A stretch of 64,000 nt of DNA, from the NCBI GenBank assembly GCA_964016885.1, contig OZ024755.1:10664001-10728000 (forward strand), read 5' to 3'. The notes under the pieces were generated by a model that saw only the letters and a program-made list of their open reading frames with translations, did not search any database and was not told the DNA's origin. Shown here in pieces: positions 53,941 through 64,000 of this stretch. Each line of letters opens with the position of its first letter. The stretch's first letter is position 1. A program made the position numbers and the translations under genes. Source of the stretch: Eledone cirrhosa. Taxonomy: Eukaryota.

Positions 53941-54518
53941 CGGTACACATATAAACATGTCACACTCCCCTCTTCTTTCTTTGTTTCGTTGCCTAATATT
54001 CCTTGCTCTTTCCTGCCTTTTCATTTCATTTATAGCATTTATAGTCGTTTCCAATACCACATTACTTTTCCATGTTTGATTAAATATTAAATATTAAATT
54101 CTTATGTTTATGTAAATTATAAACAAAAGAAAATACGAAATATAGGTTGTTTCTCTGATGAGCTAATGGTTTCTAATTTAGACACAAGAACAATAATTTA
54201 GAGTGAAGGGGGATAGTCCATTATATCGCCATCAGTACTTTACTGGTAATTTAACTTATTGATCCGAGATGGGTGAAATTTATTGTTGACCCTGGTGGTA
54301 TTTGAGTTCAGAATGTAAAGAGCCAGAATGTAAACTGCCAAACATTTGTCCAATCCATCGCTTTAATGATAGGATCGAAACAGGGCCAAGGCACTCTATT
54401 CGCTGTGTGTGCTAAAAGAATGAGAACAACCTCTATCATTTAATAATATTGCTTTTCATCGTCCTACAAATATTTATTATTAGATTTTTAACGTTAAACG
54501 TATTAATGAAAATATTAT

Positions 54519-54974
54519 TCACCTGCAGGAAACGGCAGATGAGTGGTTGCGTTCTCACATGCGTCTCTGTCCAACTTTCGCCGGCTCCTGGAATATGCTT
54601 CGCTAATGGGTTCATATCGGGACTAAAACATTTCCCGAGTTAGCTGCAATACATGCAAAAATGTTACGACAATCTAAATGAATGCCCGTACTCTCAACCG
54701 CCACAGCATAATTATATATAGCTTGCTTCTCAATGCTTGGTGCTTCAAAATAACTAAACAGTTAATAGAAGATTAATCAGTACTGATGCAATTACAAAGC
54801 TATTAGACAAATAAAAAAGAAAATGTTTGTCTTGTCTTACGTTTTGAAAATCTTCCGTATTGCATGTGAACTATAAAATAGACGAATACACAAATAGGTT
54901 GCACAGAAGCCGACCAAGTTTGGACAGACGCCTGTGAGAACGCAACAACTCATCTGCCGTTTCCTGCAGGCGGA
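54519..54974. mobile_element. MITE-like element with ~70-bp terminal inverted repeats
   Basis: cctgcaggaaacggcagatgagtggttgcgttctcaca..gcgtct..gtccaa...ggctcctg (54522-54590) is the reverse complement of 54904-54970 with few mismatches. TSD unclear. Confidence 0.75.
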
Positions 54975-55136
54975 TCTTTCTATTTTTCCGTCTCCAGGGG
55001 TAAGTTATCAAATTCATTCAACTAATTCATGTATTGCTGTAGATTTTCAAATAAAAAAGCAACAGGTATAGAATTTTACAAAAGTTAACAATTAATTATT
55101 GAAGCTCAAATAAACTTTGAATTATATTCAATTTAT

Positions 55137-55326
55137 AATTGTTTCTACTTTTGGCACAAGGCCAGCAATTATCCAGTGCATTGCTGGTACTTTATTTTAT
55201 CGACCCCATAAGGATGAAAGACAAAGTTAACCTCGACGGGATTTGAACTCAGAATGGCAAGGGCCGTAACTCTATGCATCAAAGCATGGCGTCCGACCTT
55301 CTACCGATACTGCTAATCCACCGCCC
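55137..55326 (-). mobile_element. SINE family A, full length
   Basis: Full family sequence; imperfect TSD ttattcaatttataat / ttatttagtttataat. Confidence 0.92.
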
Positions 55327-56054
55327 TTATTTAGTTTATAATGATTCATTGACAGTATTAAATTTACATCCAGGGCATTGTAAAAAAATAAAAAAGAGAG
55401 ACCATGGTTGTTACTAAGCAGATAGCTATAACAATATTTGATAATTATTTAGAATAGTTTCAATGAAATGGGTTAAAATACAGTAGGAGACTGAAACTAT
55501 AACGCTAGATAGCAATAGAAGTGTTGAAACTATAAAAATAGATAACTATAATTGTTTCTGCTATAATGATAGTTGATAACCATAAATAATTGTTGAATAA
55601 AATCGCTCCAAGTTCCGCTGGAGACGACAAAACGAGGACTGCATTCACATTTTCTGTATCAACTAATATTAGAGTTACCTGCATCATAGTTATTTTTTTT
55701 TTTTTTTAAATCTTGCAATGTTTTGCAAATTAATCTAGTTAGTTTTTTCTCGTTCCTTCGAAATGTTTAATGATACGTATTATTGTACGTAAATTAAAAT
55801 GATTGTTATAAAAGCAATAGAGTATGCTATAAGTAGAAACTGTTGCTATAGCAGTCCCGTTAGCGATATTAAGATTTTGTAATCGACGCCATTCTATTTC
55901 AGCTCAATTTAATGACGCCCCTAAAATGCATAGATGTCCTTAAAATATATATGAATACCTAGAATCTTGATTAAAAATTAGCTGATTTCATATTCAAATA
56001 CAAAATAACCGCATCTATAGCAATGAAACTACATATAGATAGTTTATATGTATA

Positions 56055-56096
<42 letters not shown>

Positions 56097-56137
56097 GTCT
56101 GTCTGTATATGAATTTCAATCTTACGCTTTTTAGACC

Positions 56138-56173
<36 letters not shown>

Positions 56174-56829
56174 GGTTGGGGTGGGGGGGGGGGGGTGCTT
56201 TCAGAAATGCAGCAGGGAAAATTGCTTCTTTTCCTAACGAAAATACATTTTTTTTCTTTGATGGCGAGGCTTTTATAAATTTATTGAGTATATACCCATT
56301 GTGTATGCTTTTAAATATTATAATTATGCATAACTGTGTCTTAGTGCTACTATATATATATATATATATGCACGCCCGCACGCACCGTTCGTAGATAAAC
56401 AAATATTTAGATACATAGACGGATGGGTTAAAATAGAGAGATAGATTACCATGCGAATTTGTCAAATGCCTCGTAGCCATTAATGAAAATCACAATTCAT
56501 TATTTCCCTAGTTTACTGTAAAGTTATCACTTTCCATTTCCTCTAACACAAGAAGCTATGATTCACGTCGAAAATTCAATAAAATGGATGTCGTGCTATT
56601 TTCCCTGGACATCGTTGTAATAAGGGTGAGTGTTTTCTCCTCTAAGGATAATCACAAGATTTCTTAAGACATCTGATGGACAACATCGGCAATAATCTGA
56701 TTTAGAAAAAAAGAAATGTAAAGAGAACTTTTGAAATTTTTAGTGTTAGTGTCCTGTGGTATTATGTAGAGAGTTCATGTTTTATACTCTGAAACTTTTT
56801 CTGACATGAAATGACACGAAGTTGGTGCG

Positions 56830-57110
56830 TATATATTTGACTGGTTAGAGGGTTGGCTTCGCAATTGAGAGGTTATGAGATTCCCGGACCGGTGGTGCGT
56901 TGTGTCCTTGAACAGGACACATTATTTCACGTTGCTTCAGTTCATTCAGCTGTAGGAATGAGTTGTGTCGTCACTGGTGCCAAGCTGTATCGGCCTTTGC
57001 CGTTCCCTTGGAGAATATCGGTGGCGTGGAGAAAGGAGACTGATATGCATGGGTGACTGCTGGTCTTCCCAGATTTATGCCTCGGAGGGAAACCTTCTAG
57101 GTTCAAAACC
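56830..57110 (+). mobile_element. Older SINE-like repeat (family C)
   Basis: tRNA-like head and gcgttgtgtccttga.ca.gacac.ttatttcac.ttgct.cag (also at 9864-9907); 3' part shared with 15200-15310. Confidence 0.65.
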
Positions 57111-57179
57111 ATGGTCATTAGTGACAGATGAGGGCCGTAATATAGTAAGCTCATGTACGCTATACATTAAACCATGAAA

Positions 57180-57480
57180 GTGCGTGGCTTAGTGGTTACG
57201 GTTTTCGTGAGGTTGTTCCAGTGCCGGTGGGTCGTTGAGTCCTTCAATTTTATTTATTACATTTTTTCCGAGTCTACTCGGTTGGAAAAAATTGGTCGTG
57301 CCTCTATTTTAAATGGCCGACCTTGTGACACACTGCAACATTGAATCTCCCTGAGAAATACATAGATGGGACACGTATCTGAGGAATACTCATCCACTCG
57401 TTCTTTAATTTAACGTGCAGCCTGTTCTTTTGATTAAACACTTGGAACACTCGTCATCGTTACCGACGGAGGTCCCACAA
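57180..57480 (+). mobile_element. Older SINE-like repeat (family B)
   Basis: Head gtggcttagtggtta; 3' block shared with 1680-1812 and 49750-49897. Confidence 0.65.
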
Positions 57481-58148
57481 CCACAAAGTATATATGTGTA
57501 TGTGCACGTATGTTGGATTGTTATTCCTGAATTTAACTTTCATGTGTTCAGAGAGAATTTATTCAAGATTGCTAAAACAGTTTAGCCAGGGATTGGCAAA
57601 AGGATGAAATGCTGAATGGTGTGAATATGGAGAGGAGAAAGAAACTAAAGGAGTGAGTAGAATGGACAATAGGAAGGAAAGGTACGGAAGACGTAGAAGT
57701 AGGGGTGAAGTCATGGAGATAGTGATGAAGAGCAGTGGAAAGGACGTGGTGGAGAGAAAAATGGAGGGTGAAGAGACGGAAAATATGTGGTGGGGTGAAG
57801 AGATGAAAAAGCGGGGAGCGAAGAGGTATGGAAACGGGAGTTGATATAGTGAAGAACTGGGGAATAGAAAGGAAAAAAAGTGTGAAGTAGACAATAACAT
57901 TAGAAAATAAGAATTGGAAATAAAAAAAATAATTGGATGATGAGTTCTTGCAAGTGTGGAGATTATTGGGAGATTATTGGCAGAAGTAGACCTATTAGTA
58001 TTATTATTGCGATTATTAGTATTATTATTATTATTTTTTGTTATTATTGTCATTAGAACTAGTGGTGGTATTGGTGGAGGTGATGCTGGTGGTAGAATAA
58101 AAGGAAAAATAAATAGGAAGGGTATAGTTGCGAGTAGTCCGGACATTA

Positions 58149-58152
<4 letters not shown>

Positions 58153-58209
<57 letters not shown>

Positions 58210-58218
58210 GTGTGTGTA

Positions 58219-58297
<79 letters not shown>

Positions 58298-58576
58298 ATA
58301 TATATATATATATGTGTGTGTGTATATATATATATATATGTGTGTGTGTGTATATATATATATGTGTGTGTGTGTGTATATATATATATGTGTGTGTGTG
58401 TGTGTATATATATATATGTGTGTGTATATATATATATATATATATGTGTGTGTATATATATATATATATATGTGTGTGTATATATATATATATATATGTG
58501 TGTGTATATATATATATATATATGTGTGTGTATATATATATATATATGTGTGTGTATATATATATATATGTGTGTG

Positions 58577-58607
<31 letters not shown>

Positions 58608-58650
58608 ATATATATATGTGTGTGTGTGTGTATATATATATGTGTGTGTG

Positions 58651-58699
<49 letters not shown>

Positions 58700-58726
58700 G
58701 TGTGTGTGTATATATATATATATATA

Positions 58727-58797
<71 letters not shown>

Positions 58798-58880
58798 ATA
58801 TATATATATATATATGTGTGTGTGTATATATATATATTTATATGTGTGTGTGTATATATATATATATATATGTGTGTGTG

Positions 58881-58929
<49 letters not shown>

Positions 58930-58994
58930 GTGTGTGTGTATATATATATATTTATATGTGTGTGTGTATATATATATATATATATGTGTGTGTG

Positions 58995-59025
<31 letters not shown>

Positions 59026-59074
59026 ATATATATATATATGTGTGTGTGTATATATATATATATATGTGTGTGTG

Positions 59075-59105
<31 letters not shown>

Positions 59106-59370
59106 ATATATATATATATATGTGTGTGTGTATATATATATATATATATGTGTGTGTGTATATATATATATATATGTGTGTGTGTATATATATATATATA
59201 TATGTGTGTGTGTATATATATATATATGTGTGTATATATATATATATATATGTGTGTGTGTATATATATATATATGTGTGTATATATATATATATATATG
59301 TGTGTGTGTATATATATATATATGTGTGTGTGTATATATATATATATGTGTGTGTGTATATATATATATA

Positions 59371-59401
<31 letters not shown>

Positions 59402-59408
59402 GTGTGTG

Positions 59409-59497
<89 letters not shown>

Positions 59498-59654
59498 ATA
59501 TATATATATATATATGTGTGTGTGTATATATATATATATATATGTGTGTGTGTATATATATATATATATATGTGTGTGTGTATATATATATATATATATG
59601 TGTGTGTGTATATATATATATATATATGTGTGTGTGTATATATATATATATATA

Positions 59655-59695
<41 letters not shown>

Positions 59696-59758
59696 ATATA
59701 TATATATATATGTGTGTGTTTATATATATATATATATGTGTGTGTTTATATATATATA

Positions 59759-59789
<31 letters not shown>

Positions 59790-61450
59790 GTGTGTGTGTG
59801 TATATATATATATATGTGTGTGTGTGTGTATATATATATGTGTGTGTGTGTGTATATATATATGTGTGTGTGTATATATATATATGTATATGTGTGTGTG
59901 TATATATATATATGTATATGTGTGTGTGTATATATATATGTATATGTGTGTGTGTATATATATATATGTATATGTGTGTGTGTATATATATATATGTATA
60001 TGTGTGTGTGTATATATATATATGCATATGTGTGTGTGTATATATATATATGTATATGTGTGTGTGTGTGTATATATATATATGTATATGTGTGTGTGTG
60101 TGTATATATATATATGTATATGTGTGTGTGTATATATATATGTGTATATATATATGTATGTGTGTATATATATATGTATGTATGTATATATATATATGTG
60201 TATATATATATATATGTGTATATATATATATATGTGTGTATATATATATATGTGTATATATATATATGTGTATATATATATGTGTGTGTATATATATATA
60301 TATGTGTATATATATATATGTGTGTGTATATATATATATATGTGTATATATATATGTGTATATATATATATGTGTGTATATATATATATGTGTGTGTATA
60401 TATATATATATGTGTATATATATGTGTGTATATATATATATATATGTGTATATATATATATGTGTGTGTATATATATATATATGTATATATATATATGTG
60501 TGTGTGTGTATATATATATATGTGTGTATATATATATGTGTGTATATATATATATGTGTGTGTGTGTATATATATATATGTGTGTATATATATATGTGTG
60601 TATATATATATATGTATGTATATGTATGTATGTGTATATGTATGTATGTGTATGTGTGTATATATATATGTATGTATGTATGTATATATATGTATGTGTA
60701 TATGTATGTATGTGTATATGTATGTATGTGTATATGTATGTATGTGTGTATATATATGTATGTATGTATGTATATATATGTATGTGTGTATATATATATA
60801 TGTATGTATGTATATATATATGTATGTGTGTATATATATATATGTATGTATGTATATATATATGTATGTGTGTATATATATATATGTATGTATGTATGTG
60901 TGTATATATATGTATGTATGTGTGTATATATATGTATGTATGTGTGTGTATATATATATGTATGTGTGTGTATATATATATGTATGTGTGTGTGTATATA
61001 TATATGTATGTGTGTGTATATATATGTATGTGTGTGTGTATATATGTATATGTGTTTGTGTATATATGTATGTATGTGTGTGTGTATATATGTATGTATG
61101 TGTGTGTGTATATATGTATGTATGTGTGTGTGTATATATGTATGTATGTGTGTGTGTATATATGTATGTGTGTGTGTATATGTATATGTATGTATGTGTG
61201 TGTGTATATGTATATGTATGTATGTATGTATGTGTGTGTATGTATATGTATGTATGTATGTATGTGTGTGTATGTATATGTATGTATGTATGTGTATGTA
61301 TATATATATATATATATGTATGTGTGTATATATGTATATATATGTGTATATATATGTGTGTGTGTATATATGTATATATATGTGTATATATATGTGTGTG
61401 TGTATATATGTATATATATGTGTATATATATGTGTGTGTGTGTGTGTGTA
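58153..61450. repeat. 3.3-kb (TA)n/(TG)n/(TATG)n compound microsatellite
   Basis: Directly visible; source of the >1000-aa pseudo-ORFs. Confidence 0.97.
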
Positions 61451-62449
61451 CTAAATTATGTGTAACTTTGCATTACCAGCGGTACCCAGACGTAAACATA
61501 TTTCATCAGATGTATTGGAGAATATTATTTTACAAAACGTCCCATGAACTAGAAACGTGTACATCTGGAAACCGCTGGCAGTGTGAAAATAAATCATATA
61601 ATTGATACGAAAATTCTCAATTTCCATATTGTGTTGATTGCATTGTTTTTTGTTTTTTTTTTGTGTGTTTTTTTTTCATGCACGCAGAATTGCATATGTA
61701 TATGATATAGTTTCCTTTACCTATAATATTGGTTTGTAAACTAGCAGATAATATCCATGTAACTCGACAAAACCAGCCTCTATTGATATTAAATATCTAA
61801 ACGATAGGAATTGATCTAGTCTTTAAAGCCAACTTGTGAAAGCAATGGGCATGTTTCAATCTTATTACTTCTCATCAGAAATGTATATTGGGTAGTTTTG
61901 TCCTAGTTGTAAGGATAATCACACTTTGAAATGTTTCGACTCATTAGATTCCTCATGTGAAAGTACTTACTATATATGAGGTCGAGTTAATCATTATTAT
62001 ATGTATATAATCAAGGTCAAATTTGCCTATCATCCGGCCGTATATTTATGTGGTGTCCCTAAATTTCCCTCAGCAGTTATGGGATCATACATACATAGGT
62101 ACATAAACCATGCTTTAAACTTTATTTGAAACCTTAATCTAATTATGTATTGTATTAAATATCTGGCGAATTGTTTTTTTTTATTTCTTCTTTCCAAATA
62201 TATCTAATACTCCTCGAAAAAAGAGTTGCATTCTATTATATATATTTCGGAATTTATGTTTATATGTGTGTGATCTTCCTCGGACTTTAAGAGATTATTC
62301 CCACTTCTCATTACATTCTAATCATGTCCCCCCTCTTTCTTTTCTATATAGCTATTGCCACTCCATGCCCCTTCCACTGTTTTATATTACTTGTCGTTCC
62401 TTTCTCTGTCGTTTAAAGATGTGCAAGTCTTATTTCTTACGGAAGCAAT

Positions 62450-62760
62450 TCGGTTCTTTGGGACCGCAACCTGGTACAGTCTGCGACTGACCCACGTTCT
62501 GCTGCACGTCGGGCTGGGGGGGCCAAACTCCTCAAATACCGGTCGCTCTACGACAGGTTTGCGGTCGTACCCCTGGCAGTGGAGACTTCTGGTGTCCTCG
62601 GCCCCAGCGTTACCTCCTTACTCACCACCATAGGCGCTGAGCTGGCCAGCCGCAGGTGTGAGCCCCGCGAGTTCGAGTGGCTTTTCCAGCGCGTCTCCCT
62701 TGCCGTCCTCCGGGGAAACGCCTTCTCCATTCTGTCCGCCGGTGCTGTGGGTGGGCCCCA
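62450..62760 (+). pseudogene. C-terminal restriction-like endonuclease region of a CRE-like non-LTR retrotransposon (fragment)
   Basis: GC-rich island translating to AARRAG..AKLLKYRSLYDRFAVVPLAVETSGVLGPSVTSLLTTIG...WLFQRVSLAVLRGNAFSIL. This matches the K..KY..L...P.AVET.G..G...QR.S.A..RGNA signature of RLE-type (CRE clade) elements. Confidence 0.75.
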
Positions 62761-64000
62761 TCGCGTACCAATACATTAGTTAAATACCATTCTTTCATCT
62801 GTTATTATAATTGTAATGTTAATTCTTTGCTCATTTACTTAGATGAAGTTATATTCTTCGGTCATGTAAGTACATTTTTTTCTAACATCAATAAACTTAA
62901 GAACATGTTCAGTGTCCTTTTCTATGCATTCCTTTAAAACTGATATAATAATCAGCATTAAATATTTTATGTTAAAGAATATATTGTAGAAGGCCTTGAG
63001 TTCCACTTTATATATGAGACGTAAGAAAAGACAATGTTGGACGTATTCCTAAAGACAATGTTAGACGTATTCCTAATCATGTATTTTATGTAATGTGCTG
63101 GGAAATTACAAATTCGAAAATCTCTAAATATAAGAATCTTGGATAGTAACGATTGAACGCTATATATAATAGCTGAGAAATTCGAGTAACTTATCTGTAG
63201 AGACGGAGAGAATCGGCCAGAGGTGTCTCATTGACGACCCTGACTGTTAAATGACCACGACACGTCAAGACAACGCCTCTGGGGCACCATCTGGAGATAA
63301 GGACTCGCGGATTCTTTCCTAATAATCATGGTATGGTGAGGAATAAATTACGTAAATCCTGCCACAAGACTGTTAACACATTCAGCTGCATTTAAAGACA
63401 AGCTAACTAGATAATCAGAAAGGATTTATCAACATACGTAGCTGCTTATCTGTTTGAACTGAAATTAAGTGCCTCGATTAATATGGAGCGCAAGCCAATA
63501 ATATTCTTTTTTAATTATGTTGCTTCTTTTTCGGCCTTCATTTTTACTTTCTTTTCATTGCTTTTATTCACTATTTTATTTATCTTTCAATATTTTATTT
63601 TGTTTCTATTGCTTCGTGTTATATGAATTATCTTTTTTCTAAGTGTTTTACTGCTGTTGATTTTTACTAACCAATTTTTTCCCTCCTTATTTCATCGTTC
63701 ATGTTGGTCGATTTCATTTATAAATTGTTCATTTTGTATTCAATGGTCTCTGAGAATCACAAAAGGCCACATTAATTGTATAACCACAACTGGCCATAAA
63801 TACTGCTATAAAAGAATGACTGAATTGGGAAGACGATTAGTATTTCTCTCTCTTTTATACCTTAATCTTTCGATCCACTCGAATAAAAAAAAAACCCGGG
63901 TTGTTGGTGGCATTACAGTTTAATGAGTACGTAGCAGTGTATGAAGAATGGAATAGAATGAGTAATCCTTTTCAATTGTTATTTATATTGTTATAATCAC

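Noticed and set aside
58128-61605. Three ORFs over 1000 aa
   Set aside because: Pure (TA)n/(TG)n repeat lacking stop codons.

Overview
AT-rich eukaryotic non-coding DNA with no supportable intact protein-coding gene. The repeat content points to a coleoid cephalopod (Octopus-like) intron or intergenic region; this is an inference. All long ORFs in the track are translations of microsatellites. The window contains: (i) many copies of a young tRNA-derived SINE, several with target-site duplications that start with ATTAT, plus older SINE families; (ii) fragments of RTE-clade and CRE-like (restriction-like endonuclease) non-LTR retrotransposons; (iii) two MITE families; (iv) kb-scale compound (TA)n/(TG)n satellite arrays. 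The most notable signal is about ten short elements from several families, almost all inserted in (TA)n tracts. They share one architecture: an inverted copy forming a long palindrome, type I hammerhead ribozyme cores (CUGANGA...GAAA...UH), and an unpaired 3' tail of 40-85 nt. The tail begins with a conserved ACTC-N-GAGT hairpin, or a second motif class, right at the inversion boundary. This fits microsatellite-targeting Penelope-like retroelement pseudo-LTRs or non-autonomous ribozyme retroelements.
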